64,000 nt of DNA from Scenedesmus sp. PABB004 (lineage: Eukaryota), in the NCBI GenBank assembly GCA_014905635.1, contig JABVCE010000003.1, positions 1,488,001-1,552,000 of the forward strand, in the 5' to 3' direction. Below, in pieces: positions 1-14,698 of this stretch. How positions within the stretch are numbered: position 1 is the stretch's first letter; each line of letters begins with the position of its first letter. The position numbers and the translations under genes were made by a program. Below the pieces are notes generated by a model. The model was not told the DNA's origin, did no database searches, and was given only the letters and a program-made list of their open reading frames with translations.

Positions 1-910
1 TGAGCCGCGCCAGCTCCTCGAGCATCACCTCCAGCGGCCGGTCTGCGGCGCGGCGCGCGGCGCGCGGCGCGGCGCGGCGCGCGCGCGGTGATGGCGGGGC
101 GGCGCGGGGCGTGGGCGTGGGCGCGCGGGCGCCGCCGCCGCCGCGGCGAGCGCGCTGTGCGCCGTGTGCGCGGGGGCTGCGCGCGCGGGGCGCTCGAGCG
201 CTGGGGTGGCGGCGTGTGTGCGCGTGCGTGGCGTGGCGGGGCGGGCAGCCTCACCCGAGATGAGCTCGAAGTTCTCCCAGCCAAAGACCTCGCGGTTGGA
301 GTCGAGCAGCTTGGCGTAGCGCGGCGTGACGTTGATGACCTGGCGTTCAAGCGCGGCCGCGCGTGGGCGCGCCGGCGGGCCAGCGCGGCGCGGCGGCGGC
401 GCCGGCCCCCGCGCGGGCCGGCGCGGCGCGGCGCCGGCCCCGCGCACGCGCGCCTCGCCTTGGAGGAGTCGAGGGAGAGGGTCTTGCAGATGACGGCGCC
501 CCAGCCCTCGTCAAAGGCCTTCTTCATGACCGCGTAGTTGGTCCCTGGCGGGCCCGACCCGATCACAAACGGGTTGGGCAGGCGCAGCCCGTTGACCGTG
601 ACCGACAGGTCGGGGCCTGCACAGGTGGGAGCAGCGCGGCGCGGCGCGGCGCGGCGCGGTGGTCGGGGCCGCGCGCTGCCCGCGCCACACGTGTACTGCC
701 GCCGCGCCGCCGCGCCGCCGCCGCCGCCGCCGCACCCTCCGTGACCGCGCCGTCGACGAGCGTGATGGCCTTGTCGGTGAGGCCCTTGGAGCGCTTGTCG
801 CCGGCGGGCTCCGCGCGCGCCGCGACCGCGGCGCGGCGCGGCGCGGCGCGCTGCCGCTGCGGCGCCGTGGCCGCGCCGCCGATCCGCGGCGGCCCGCCCG
901 CGAGCTGCAT
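1..910 (-). CDS. PYD1: Dihydropyrimidine dehydrogenase (plant-type, plastid), 5' part; runs off the window
   Basis: Spliced exons give MQLAGG..(transit-like)..EGPDLSVTVNGLRLPNPFVIGSGPPGTNYAVMKKAFDEGWGAVICKTLSLDSSK|VINVTPRYAKL..FGWENFELIS|DRPLEVMLEELARL, the conserved PYD1/PreA N-terminus. Confidence 0.93.
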
Positions 911-1570
911 CTGCTCCGGGGCGTGGGCGGCGGCGGGAGCGTGGCGCTCGGCCGCTCACGGCGCAGCACAGGCGCGGCGATCGCGGGAGGGAGGGGCGCG
1001 GGCCATGCTGCCCCCGCTGCTGCCGCGCCGCGGCCCCGCCGCGCCGCCGCGCCGATCCCGGGCGGCTCTGCGGCGCGGTGCCCGCCCGGAGAGCGCCCCC
1101 ACCTGGGCGACTGGCGGAGTGACGCGCAGAGCGGGAGTGGGGCCGCGCGTCGGGCGCGCCACAGGCGGCGTGCGGGGGTGCGGTGGGCGTGGCGTGGGCC
1201 AGCGTCGAGCTCTGCACGGCCCCGGCGGCACGAGCGAGGCCCACCAGGGAGTTTCAGCGGCCCAGTGTTTTTGACGTGAGTGAGGGAGGTCTCTGCTGCT
1301 GCCGCCCGACGACTCACACGCTGCGGCAAGCACGAAGCAGTGGCTCAGCAGCAGCTGAGCGCAGCACAGAACAGCAGCAGCAGCAGCAGCAGTAGCAGCA
1401 GGAGCCAAGGCGCCCCTTTTCTCCGCCCCACACGCTCTCGGGGACGTCCCAGGTGCGGCGCGACCGGCTGACGGGGGCGGGAGGCGCCTGAGTTGGCATG
1501 CCGGCGGCGGCACCGCCGGATCCATCGCTGCCGCCGCCCCCGCCGCGCAGCGGGCGCGCGGCCGCCCGCC

Positions 1571-3449
1571 ATGCTCCTGCGTGCGGCGGCCCGGCAGGCG
1601 GGCGTGCTGGCGCCCCTGCTGGATGGCGCCGCGCTGCCGGCGGCGCTGCGGGGCCTGCAGCAGCAGCAGCAGCGGCCGTTTGCGAGCAGCTGCTGCGCGC
1701 CGCCGCCGCCGGCGCCGCGCGGCTGGCGGCCGGAGCAGCAGCCCCACCTAGTGCTGCTGCAGGCGCAGCCGCACATGCAGCAGCACCACCACCAGCAGCA
1801 GCACCAGCAGCAGCAGCGCGGCTTCGCGGCCAAGGGCGGCGGCGGCGGCGGCGGCAAGGGCAAGGGCGCGGCGGCGCCCGCGCCCGCGCCGCCGGCGGCG
1901 CCAGCGGAGGCCGACCCTTACGCGCCGCCAGAGTTCCGCGTGCGCCGCGTGCCGCGCGTGGCGCGCGGCGACGTGCTGGGCCGCCTCACGCCGGCGCAGG
2001 TGCGCGCGCCGCGCGGCGCCGCGCCGACCGGAGCGCGCGCGCCCGCCAGGCCCCCGCCCTCGCTGTGCTCCCCGCCCCAGCAGCTGACGCCGCCCGCCCG
2101 CCCGCCCGCCCGCCCGCCCGCCCGCCCGCCCGCCCGCCCGCCCGCCCGCCCGCCCGCCCGCCCGCCCGCCCGCCCGCCCGCCCGCCCGCCCGCCCGCCCG
2201 CCCGCCCGCCCGCCCGCCCGCCCGCCCGCCCGCCCGCCCGCCCGCCCGCCCGCCCGCGCGCGCGCCCGCCCGCCCCGCGCGCCCGCCGCCCGCCCGCCCG
2301 CGCGCCCGCCCGCCCGCCCGCCCGCCCGCCCGCCCGCCCGCCCGCGCCCGCCCCGCAGCGCGCGCTGCTGCAGCAGCTCACGCCCGGCGGCGCGCCGCTG
2401 CGCAGCCTGCGGCAGCTGGGCTGGCCGCTCGGGTCGAAGCAGACGCTCGCGCTGCTGCACGACCAGCTCGGGGACGTCGTGGGCAGCAACGTCGCGGTCG
2501 TGCCGTTTGTGCTGCGCGACATGTACCAGAGCGCGGCGGCGCTCGCGGGCGTGGTGCGGGACCACCTCGCCGAGGGCAAGGGCATGCGGCACGTGGAGCA
2601 GTACCTGCTCACGGTGCGACGCGGGGGCGCGCGGCGGGAGCGAGCGGGGCGAGGGGCGGGGGCGCGGCGCGCGGGGGGCGCGGCGAGGGGCGCGGCGGCG
2701 GCGGGCCCCGCCCCGCGCCCGCCCACCGCCCGCCCGCCGCCGCGGCGCGCGCGCAGACGATCGCGGCGTTGCCGCCGGCGGAGGTGAGCTTTGAGGGCAT
2801 AAAGGTCGCGATCAAGGGCCGCCTGAGCGGCAAGGGCGGCATGACCGCGCGCCGCGTGTGGAGCTGGGGCCGCACGAGCGGCACGTGCCTCAGCGACCCC
2901 GTCGACTATGCGCACGAGGCGGTCGTCACGCGCGCGGGGTACATCGGAATCAAGGTGCGCCCCCCCCCCCCCCCCCCCCCCCCTCCCCCGCCCGCCCGGC
3001 GGGCCAGCGCGCGGGGATGCGAGCGCCGCCGGCCGCCCGCGCCCGCGCCGCGCCCGCGCCCAACCGCCGCCGCCGCGCTGCGCTGCCCCGCCCGCCCGCC
3101 CGCGCAGGTGTGGGTGCGCTACAAGCGCTCGCACATGGAGCCGCAGCGCCAGCACACGACGCGCAGCGCGTTTGACCTGCCCGCGCTGCTGGCGATGGCG
3201 CGCCCGGACGCGCTGCCGAGCCGCAGCGCGTCGGCGTGGTGGAGCACGCCCGGCCCGCTGCAGCCGCGCCAGCACCGCGCGGCGGAGTGCTTCCGCCCCG
3301 GCTACGACCCGCTGCGCGGCAGCCTGGGCGCCGCCGCGGCGGCGGGCCGCGCCGCGCTCGCGGCGGCGTCGGGCGAGGCGGCGCCGGCGCCGGCGGCGGG
3401 GGGCGGCGAGGCGGCGGCCGCCGGCGGCGCAGACGCGCCGCCGCGGTGA
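1571..3449 (+). CDS. Nucleus-encoded organellar (likely mitochondrial) ribosomal protein S3-like, intron-containing
   Basis: Presequence-like MLLRAAARQAG..QQRGFAAK; S3 C-terminal domain FEGIKVAIKGRLSGKGGMTARRVWSWG..DPVDYAHEAVVTRAGYIGIK|VWVRY; TGTAA at 3491 after the stop. Confidence 0.8.
2089..2345. repeat. (CCCG)n tetranucleotide microsatellite in intron 1 of the S3-like gene
   Basis: Long near-perfect cccg run, degenerate at the 3' end. Confidence 0.95.
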
Positions 3450-3490
3450 CGGCGGGGAGCGAGGCGGCGCCCCGCCGGCCGGGTGGCGCG

Positions 3491-3495
3491 TGTAA
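3491..3495 (+). promoter_or_regulatory. UGUAA polyadenylation signal of the S3-like gene
   Basis: TGTAA about 40 nt after the stop; the chlorophyte poly(A) signal. Confidence 0.6.
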
Positions 3496-3693
3496 GCTGG
3501 GCCTAGCCCCTGCTCGACCGGCGCGAGGCCCGGGGCGCCGCCAGTCTCCCTCGCCGGCAGCGGTCCGCGTCGCGCCGCGCCGCTGCCGCCGCCGGCGGCG
3601 CGGCAAGCTCGTGGCGCGGGGCCCTCAGGCGCGATGAGAAGAGGAGCGCGGCCGCGGAGACCTCGGCCGTCAACCCTGAACCCGCGGCTTTGA

Positions 3694-6115
<2,422 letters not shown>

Positions 6116-6465
6116 GCGCAGCCCCCCTGCCCTCCCTGCGCACGCCAGCCGGCGCGCGGCCGGCCAGGCCCGCGGCGGTGGGGCGCGCGCGTGACGAGAT
6201 CGCGACGCGGCAGGCCAGCGGCGCAGCGCGCGCCCGGCGTGCAGCGCGCGGCGGCGGCGGGCCCGATACTCGCAGTCGGCGCTGCGTCGCCCCGCCGCTG
6301 CGCCGGGGCGGCTGGGTCGCCAACTAGTAACACCACGCCTGTCGTGTGCGGGCCCCTTTCTCAAGGCGCGCGGCAGCACCCCCCACGCGCGCCCGGCGGC
6401 TGCAGCGAGCGCTGCTGCAGAGAGCCCGTCACAGCGATCGCCGCGCGCGCGGGCTCTCCGTGCGT

Positions 6466-6470
6466 TTACA
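6466..6470 (-). promoter_or_regulatory. UGUAA polyadenylation signal of the sorting nexin gene
   Basis: TTACA on + (TGTAA on -) about 23 nt past the stop at 6493. Confidence 0.55.
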
Positions 6471-6492
6471 AGCAGGCAGCTGCAAGCCCCGG

Positions 6493-8243
6493 TCACGCCA
6501 GCGGTGCCGCCGCCGCCGCGCCCACGCCGCCGCCGTCGGCGCGCACCTGGGCGAGCTGCTCTGGGCTGGCGCCCAGCTCGGCCGCGAGCTGCGCCCACAC
6601 CTCGGCGAGGCGCTCCGACGCCGCGACCTGCGTGGCGGCAAAGTTCTCGAGCATGGCGCCGTACTCGGCGCGCCGCTCGGCCGCGTAGCGCGCCGTCTCG
6701 GCCAGGTTGGCGCCGCGTATCTTGGCGTACTCCGCCTGCGCCGCGCCGACCGACAGCTCCAGGCACGCGACGTCGTTGCGCAGCTCCTCCACGCGCTTGA
6801 CCTGACCAGCAGGGACGACGAGGGAGAGGGGCAGGCGCGCGGCGGCGCGCGCAGCGTCGGCGCGGAGCCGCCGCGCGGCGCGCGGCGCGCGGCCCGCCGC
6901 CCCCGCCGCCCCCTCGAGCCTCCCAGCCCCGCCCCGCCCCGCGCGGGCGCGGCGCCGGCCCGCGCCTTGCTCCTGTCCATCTCCGCGAGCGCGCGCTGCT
7001 TGGCCTCCAGGTCGCCGCTCAGCGTGTGCCACGTCAGCATCGCGTGCTCGCGCGACATGTAGCCCCGCACCGCGGCCTGGCCGCGGCGGCGCGCCATGGG
7101 AGAGGGGGGAAAGGGGGGCGGACACAGGCAGGCGTCGGCGCGGCGGCGGGGGCGGCGACGGCAGAGGCTGCGGCAGCGGCCGGCCCAGGCGCGCGCCCGC
7201 GCACCGGCACCGCCGCCAGGTTGTCGTGCAGCGTGCCCAGCTCGAGCGCGACGCGCGCGGTGACCTGCGCGGCGCGCGGCGCGCGGCGCTGGGCGGCGGC
7301 GCCCGCACGCGCGCCGCACGCACTCCCACCCACGCCCCGCCCCGCCCACGCCCACCCCACGCCGCACGCCACGCACCTTGGCCATCATCTTGCTCACGCG
7401 CACGAGCGCCGCCGCGGCGCGCTTCTGGTCGGCGATGAGCCCGCTGCTGTAGCGCAGCGTGCCGGTGAACGCGGCGAGCGCGCCGCCCTCCGCCTCCTGC
7501 GCCCCGCGCGCGCGCGCGCGCCCGCGGCGGCGGCGGCGGGTGCGGCTCGTCCGGGCCCGCCCACCGCCAGCGGCGCGGCGACGGGCGGCGCGGGCGGCCC
7601 GCGCGCCTGCCCCGGGCGCGGCCGTGCTGCCCGCGCGCCTGCCCAGCGCGCTGCTGCTGCCGCCGCCCCCGCACCTCAAACTTTGCGACCTTGAACAGGC
7701 TCAGCCCCAGGTCGCCCGCGGTCGCGCCGAGCTGGTCCAGCCGGCCCACCAGCTTCTCCGCCTGCACGCCGTGTGCACGCCGCACGCGGCGTGGGCGCGC
7801 GGCGGGCGCGCAGCGCGGTGCCGCGACGCGCAGCGGCGGCGCAGCGCAGCAGGTTGCGCACCGCCTTGGTGGTGACGCTGAGCTGCTCCCGCATCTCCTC
7901 GGTCGCCTCGCGCAGCCGCCGCAGGTCCAGCTCCTCCAGCGGCACCTGCGGCGCGGCGCCGCGCGGCGACGCGGCGCCCTCGCCTCGCCGCACCCGCGCC
8001 GCCCCTGCGCGACCGCGGCGCCGCGCCGCGCCGCGCCCCGCTGGCCGCGGCCGCACCTCGCGGCCGCCGCGCATGCCCTGGGCCGCCTCCTTCATCGCTC
8101 GCATCAGGTCCATGCGCCGCGCGGCCGGCTGCGCCGCCGACACAGGGTCCACCACCTGCAACGGCAACGGCAGCGGCGGCGCCAACGGCAGGGAGCTGGG
8201 CGTGCGCGGGCGGCGGCGGCGGCGGCGCATGCAGGCAGAAGCA

Positions 8244-8310
<67 letters not shown>

Positions 8311-9450
8311 GCGGCGGCCGCGCCTTGGACTCGCGGCCGATGAGCTGCATGCTGAACTTGGCCGTGCCCTCCATGAGGCTCGCGCTCGCGGGCAGCATGC
8401 CGCTCCAGCGCCCGCTCGCGCCGAGCTCGCCGGGCGTCTCCAGGAACACCTGCAGCGCCTGCGGGCGCGCCGGCGCGCGCGCGGCGGCGCGGCGGGTCCG
8501 CGCCGCGCCGCTGGCAGCCGCCCGCCGCACCAGCAGCCGCGCTGCCGGCCGGGCAGCCGCCCGCCGCCGCGCCGCGCCGCCGCCGCCGCCGGCGGCGCCG
8601 CCGCACCTCGCTGCGCCCGACCACGGGGTGCGCGGCGAGTCGGGCGAGGTACTTTTGCAGCCCCGCGCGGCGCTCCTCGATGAACGCGTCGCTGCAGCGC
8701 TGCCCCTCGACCGCGTTCTTCTCGGGGCGGGGCGGCACAAAGTAGCCCCGGAACGTGGCCTGCAGCAAGCGGGCGGGCGGGCGGCGCGGGCGGGCGGTGC
8801 GGCGCGGCGCGGCGCGCGGGCGTGTCTTGAGAGCGGGCGCGGGGCGCGGGGCGTGGGGGTGCACGAGCGCGGGCCGCGCGCCGCGCGGGGGCGCGGCGGG
8901 CGGCCGCCACCGCGCCGCCCCGCCCTGCGCCGCGCCGCGCCGCGCCGCGCGCCGCGCCTTGAGCAGCTCCGCGAGCGCGACAAAGTCTCTGAAGCGCCGC
9001 CGCACCGCGACCTCGGGCGCCGCCCAGCCAGGCAGGCTGCTGCGCGTCGTGACCAGGTACTCGACGCGCGACGCTGCGCGGCGCGCAGCGCACGACGTTG
9101 TGGGTGCGAGCGCAGCGCGGCGAGCGCGCTGCCGCCGTGAGGGCGTGCGGGCTTGCAGCGGCCGCCGGCGGGCTCGCGGCGCGCCGCCGCCCCCCGCCCG
9201 CCGCCCCCGGCCAGCCGCCGCACCTTTCATGCCCAGCACGCCGGGCGTCTCGCGGCGCAGCGGGTCGCTCACCGTCACCACCAGCGGCGGCTCGCGGGCC
9301 GCGCCGTCGGCGCGGGCCGCCGCGCCGTCCGGCGCGGCGCCGGGGCTGCCGAGGCCCAGGCTGCCGGCGCTCTCGAGCGCGCCCACGCCCGCGAGCGCGG
9401 GCGGCGGCACCACCGCTGCCGCGCCGGGCGCTGCCACCGGGCTGCCGAGC

Positions 9451-9493
<43 letters not shown>

Positions 9494-9923
9494 GCACGCC
9501 GCCGGGCGCAGGGCTGCCGTCGCCGCCCGCCGCGGCCGCCGCGGGCGCGTCTGCCGGCGGCGCCGGCGTGTGCGGCGTGACGAGCTGGCCGTACGTCGCA
9601 AACGGCTGCTGCTGCCGCGAGGCGCCGGCGAGCGTGCCAAAGGGGTCGGCGTCCGCCGCGCCGCCGCCGCTCAGCGGGTCGCCGCCGAGCGGGTCGGCGC
9701 CCAGGCCGAGCGCGTCGGACGGCGGCGCCGCGAGCGTGGCGTCCAGCTGTGAGGTGAGGTCATCCAGCAGGCCCTGCGGGGGCGCGGCGCGGCGTGATCT
9801 TGAGCGCGGGCGCGCAGCAGCAGCGGCGCCGCAGCGCTCCTGCTGCGGCGGGTGCGGCGGTTGGCAGGTCCGGCCCACCTCGTCGGCGCCGCCGGAGGAG
9901 AGCGGGTCCTGCATGCCCGACAT
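6493..9923 (-). CDS. Sorting nexin (PX + BAR/Vps5, SNX2-like), multi-exon
   Basis: PX motifs VVTVSDP, VEYLVTTRS..VAVRRRFRDFVALAELLK|ATFRGYFVPPRPEKN..FIEERRAGLQKYLARLAAHP; BAR part GDLGLSLFKVAKFE, LGTLHDNL, YAKIRGANLAE..ENFAATQV. Confidence 0.92.
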
Positions 9924-10228
9924 GCCGGCGCCGGGCCGCGGGGGGGCTTACTGGGTGCGGGCCGGCTCAGCAGGCCCGCGCATGCAGAGCGGGCGCCCTG
10001 CTCCGCGGAGGCCCCGCCCGATCACGGCGGCCCGAGATCGGCGCCTCACGGCGCCCGCACGGCGCCCGCAACGCCCTGGGGGGGACAGCAGCGCGCTGCA
10101 AGGCGCGGCGGCGCGGCCTGCGGCGGAGCGCTGCTGCTGCTCTGCGACGCGGCGCTGCCAAGGGCGGCGGGCGGGCTGCGCACGGCTGTGACGGAGGAGC
10201 GCTGATGCACAGGCCGGCGGGGCACGGC

Positions 10229-10662
10229 CAGGGCGCAGCGCGCCGCCGAACCGCGTCCGTGGGTCGCCGCCGCCGCGTCCGCTCCAGCCGCTCCTGCCGC
10301 TCCCGCCGTGCGCGCCTGCCCGCACCCGCCGTGCCCCCGCCGCCACCGCCGCCGCCGTGCCGGCCCCGTGCACTTCTGCGGCGGCGGCGCGTCGGCGTGG
10401 CCGCGGCGCGCGCCGGCGACCCGGTGCGCGGGCCTGTGCCTGCGTGGACCCTGTCAGAGGGCAGCGGGCCGCGCGCTCCCGGGGCGCGCGCGCGTGGCGG
10501 CCGGCCGTCGCGCCATCGCAGATCGCGACGTCGAGCACGCCACAGCGCCGCGCGAGAAGCGAGCAGCGGCGGGGCGGCCAACGCAGCGGCGACGACACCC
10601 GCCAGCACGAGCGGCGCGCAGCGCCAGGCTCCGCGCAGCAAGCCAGGGAGCTCACGGGGCGC
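10229..10662 (+). repeat. Inverted duplication A, copy 1 (pairs with 14699-15107)
   Basis: Core 10358-10600 (ggccccgtgcacttctgcgg..tgcgtggaccctgtcagaggg..gcgagaagcgagcagcgg) is almost identical to the reverse complement of about 14755-15000. Confidence 0.95.
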
Positions 10663-10943
10663 GTCAGGTGGCTCTGAAAGCCGTTCCAGCGTGCATGCCA
10701 GGTCTGGCCAGCTCGCACGCAGCTCGCACGCAGCTCGCACGCAGCTCGAGCTCTCCCGGCGGCGGGGCCGCCGACGCTCAAGCGCCCGCCCGCCCGCCCG
10801 CCTGCCGCCGCCGATCCGCCGCCGCTGGCCGCCTTACGCTCACAGATGCGGTTGTCCCGCCGCCACATCACGACGCAGATACCGCGCCCAGGCACCGGGG
10901 AGAGCACGCGACCGCTTGGAGGGCGCGCGGCTGGCCCGCCACG

Positions 10944-11713
10944 ATGGCGGCACGGGCGTGCGCGCTGGTGCTTCTCCTGGCACTGGCGGGTGCGTGGGAA
11001 TGCTGCGGGGCAGCGTTGCGCGCGCGCCGCGCGCTCCCGCCCTCGCGCGCCATCCCGCCCGGCTCCCGCGGACCGCCCCGGCCCGACGCCGGGCGCGCAG
11101 GTCGCAGCAGCGCCGGTGACGTCCCAGGAGCTCCCGGGGCAGGCTCCCAGGGCTCGGAGACGGGCGCAGCGCCATCTGCCGCGGCTGCCAGCGCGGGGCC
11201 CGCGGCCGGCGCGCCCAGCCCCGCGCAGGCGCTGACGCCGGCGCCGATTCTGGAAAAGTTCAACCTCACCGCGTTCTATCCCATGCTCGGCTTTGACCAG
11301 CGCTTTGACCCCGGCGTCATGGCCGCCCAGGGCCGCGCCGCGATCGTGGAGGGCCGCGCGCAGCAGATTCAGGCGCGGCGGGGAGGGAGGGAGAGTGCTC
11401 GGCGGGATGGGGGATGGGGGCGGCGAGCGGCACGCGCCCCGGCGCGCCGCGCCGCGCGCGCGCACGCCTCACGGCGGCCGGCGGGCCGGCGGCTGCGCAG
11501 GTGCCGGGCGCGTCGCCGCTGTACAACGACTACGTGACCGGCTTCGTGGGCTGGATCGAGGCCGCCACGCCGCCGTACGGCACGCCCAAGGCGTCGACGC
11601 TGCCGCCGCTGCCCGCGGAGTACGTGCCGGACGTCGAGTGGGTCGCGTCGCTCAAGCGCGGGCCCTACCCCGACCTCCTCAAGACCGGCGTGCCCAACTA
11701 CGCCAAGCCGTAG
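10944..11713 (+). CDS. Small secreted Pro-rich protein of unknown function (3 exons)
   Basis: Signal peptide MAARACALVLLLALA; exon 2 ..ALTPAPILEKFNLTAFYPMLGFDQRFDPG..QQIQ; exon 3 VPGASPLYNDYVTGFVGWIEAATPPYGTPK..GVPNYAKP*; coding-like codon bias. Confidence 0.7.
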
Positions 11714-12034
11714 GCGCGGCTGTGTGGAGGGCTGGCCGTGGGCGGCTGCCGCAATGCAGCCGGGGGCGAAGCGTGAACTCGGTCGTGACGTTACGCCGCT
11801 CGCACGCTTCGCACGCTCGCCGCCGGAGCAGCAGCAGCGCGCCAGCAAGGGGAGGCGGGGGACCTCGCCGCGCCGGCGCGCACGGTTTGTGCATTCAACA
11901 GATTGGTCGTGCCCCAACGCCCCGGCCCGCGGCGCCTCCCCGCCTCTCGCAGGGCAGTCATGGGCGCCCGCTGACTGACTCGCTCACTATCATCACACAC
12001 AAAGTCCGAGCTTGATTCCCGCCCCCCGCCGTCA

Positions 12035-12037
<3 letters not shown>

Positions 12038-12082
<45 letters not shown>
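12038..12082. repeat. (CA)n microsatellite
   Basis: Perfect CA run between converging genes. Confidence 0.95.
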
Positions 12083-12084
<2 letters not shown>

Positions 12085-12550
12085 CACACGCGAGCCCCCT
12101 CGAGCAAGGGGCACTCGAGAGGCGAGGGAGAAACAGAGGAGTGAAGAGGTTTCTAGGTGACACGCGGGCGGGGCCCGCTGGAGGCCCCGCCTGGCGCCGC
12201 GCGCCGCGCGCCGCGGCAGCTGCTCTGCCGGGGCGCGGCGGCGCGGCCCTGGCCGCACACCGCAGGCGCGAAGGGTGTGCGCAAAACTGTCGCGCAGCGG
12301 CGCGGCGCGCAAAAACCGGCCCCCTGTGAATGAGGGGGGCGGCGGGCCCGCTCGGGCCGCGTCCTGCGCCGCGTCCTGCGCCCCCACGACCGGCGACGCA
12401 CCCAGCCTCGTTTGTTCCCGCGCCCACCACCCACCCGCCCGCCCGACCGCCCGACCGCTCCGCTCGCAAAGGCCGCCCCCGGGCGGGCCGCCCGCGGCGC
12501 GGCGGCGGCGGCGGCGCTGCCGCTGCGCCCGCGCCGGTGTCCGGCGCGCC

Positions 12551-14440
12551 TCAGGCGTCGCCGTAGTCGTCGCCCCAGTCGAGCAGCACGCTCACGACGG
12601 TGATGTTGTCGGTGCTGCCCGCCGCCAGCGCGGCGCGCACGATCGCCGTCGCCGCCGCCTTGGCCAGCGCCTGGCCGCCGACCGTGCCCTGCTCCTGCGC
12701 CTGCGGCGCGGCGCGGCGCGGCGCGCGGGCGTCAGGTGCCGGCAAGCGCGCGCACGGGCGGCGCGCCCCGCGCCGCCGCGCCGCCGCGCCCCGCGCCCCG
12801 CGCCGCGCGGCCGACCACGCACGCACCGCCGCAATGGCGTCGAGCGCGGTGCCCAGCATGTCGTCGTCCGGCAGCACGTCGGTCGCGCCGTCGCTGGCGA
12901 GCAGGACGAGCTCGTCCGCGGGGCGCAGCTCCGTCGCGGCGACGTGCGGCTCGGCGCTGATGAGCGGCTGCGGGTGCTTGAACGAAAAGTCACCCAGCGA
13001 GCTGCGGCGGGCGCGGCGCGGCGCGTGGGCGCGGCGGCGCGGCGGCGCGGGCGCGGCGCAGCCGAGGCTCCCGCGCGCGCGCGCGCGCTCACCGCGTGAC
13101 CATGCTGCCCTTGAAGCGCGTCTGCGTGGAGCTGCCCATCACGCGCGGCGTGGCGCCCGGGCGGAACGCGACGAGGCGCCCGCCCGCGGTCAGCACGCGC
13201 TCCGCCTCCTCCGCGTTGTCGCCGCGGTGCGCGACGCTCAGGCGCTGCCCGCGCCCGCCGCGCGCGAGCAGCGCGATGCTGTCGCCCGCGTTGGCGACGA
13301 CGAGCTGCTGCCCGCTCACGAGCCCCACGACCGCGGTGCTGCCGCTGTCGTCCCACCCGTGCTCGGTGAGCGCCGGGTCGCACCGCGCGTCGGCCCACCA
13401 GCGGTCAAACGAGTGGAAGCTCGCCGCGAGCGCGCTGGTGGGCGCGAGCACGCCGCGCCGCGGCACCACCGCGCGCGGGCCGTCTGCGCGAGGCGGCGCG
13501 GCGGCGGCGGCGGGTGGTCGGCGAGGCGCGCGCGCGCGCGCGCAGGCCAGGCCCTCCCGCCGGCGGCCGGCGCGCGTGCCGGCGGCCGCACCCTGCGCGC
13601 GCCCCGGCGCGGGCCGGCCGCTGAGCGCCTCGTGCAGCAGGTGGGGTATGTGCTGCGCCGCGTACGCGGCCGTCGCGTAGCCGGCGTGCCCGTCAAACAC
13701 GGCCGCGACGGAGACCTGCTCCTGCAGGCCGATGCCCCCCGCCGCCGCCGTGACGCCGGCCGCGGGGTCCAGCGCCGCGAGCACGTGCCGGTCCTCCATC
13801 GCCGCCTTGCGCCCCCGCGTCTGCCGGGCGGGCGGGCGGGCGGGCGGGCGGGCGGCGTCAGGGCGGCGTCAGGGCGGGCGGGCGCGGGCCGGCAGCGCCG
13901 CCCGCCGCGCAGCAGCCGCAGCCTCCCTCCTCCCGGCCCCCGCAGCCGGCTCACCGCAGCGGCGGCCATGTAGACGCGGCGCAGCACCGGCGGGGCGCAC
14001 ACGCCGGCGGCGCCGGCGGCGCCCGCGCCGCCGCCCCCACCTGCTGCGCGCGGCACCCACAGCTGCTTGTCCGGCAGCCACGCGCGCTGCGCCTCCGGCT
14101 GCCCCGCCGCCGCCTCGAGCGGCCGGGCCGCCGGCGCCCAGCGCGGGCCCGCGCCGCGCAGCACCGCCTCCACCGGCGGCGCCGCCGCCTCGACCGCCGG
14201 CGCCGCGAGCGCAGACACGGGCGGCAGCCCGCCGCCGCCGCTGCTGCGCGCGAGCGCCGCGCCGCGGTGGTGCCCCAGCCGCCGCCGCGCCGCCGCCGCC
14301 GCCGCGTGCGGCACGGGCCGCACCGCCGCCGCGGCGCCCCCGCGGGCCGCGCCCGCCGCCGTCGCCGCTGGCAGCGCCGCGCGCCCGCTGCCGCGCGGCG
14401 CGCGCGCGGCGGCGCCGCCGCCGCTGGGCGGCGCCCACAT
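12551..14440 (-). CDS. Protein phosphatase 2C (PPM family), multi-exon, long transit-like N-terminus
   Basis: GRKAAMEDRH, VFDGHAG, SGSTAVV, VANAGDS, MVTR|SLGDFSFK, LVLLASDGATDVL, GSTDNITVV. Confidence 0.92.
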
Positions 14441-14698
14441 TGCTGTGTCTGAGGCGCTGGCCCCGCTCGGCGCCGGGCGCGCCTCAGCCGCGCCTCGGGC
14501 GAGGCGCGGGCTCACAGCTGTTGGCCGGCTCGCCCCTGCCGGCGCTGTCCGCGCGCCACTGGGCGCCTCGACACGCCAGGCGTCCCGGGCGCGCACAATG
14601 CAGCGCAGCGGCGCGCTGCCCGAGGAAGTGAGGGGCCAATCTTCCCCGCTCCCGCGCGGCCGCGTGTCAGCTCCTGCGCCCCATACCGGCGCGCCGAC

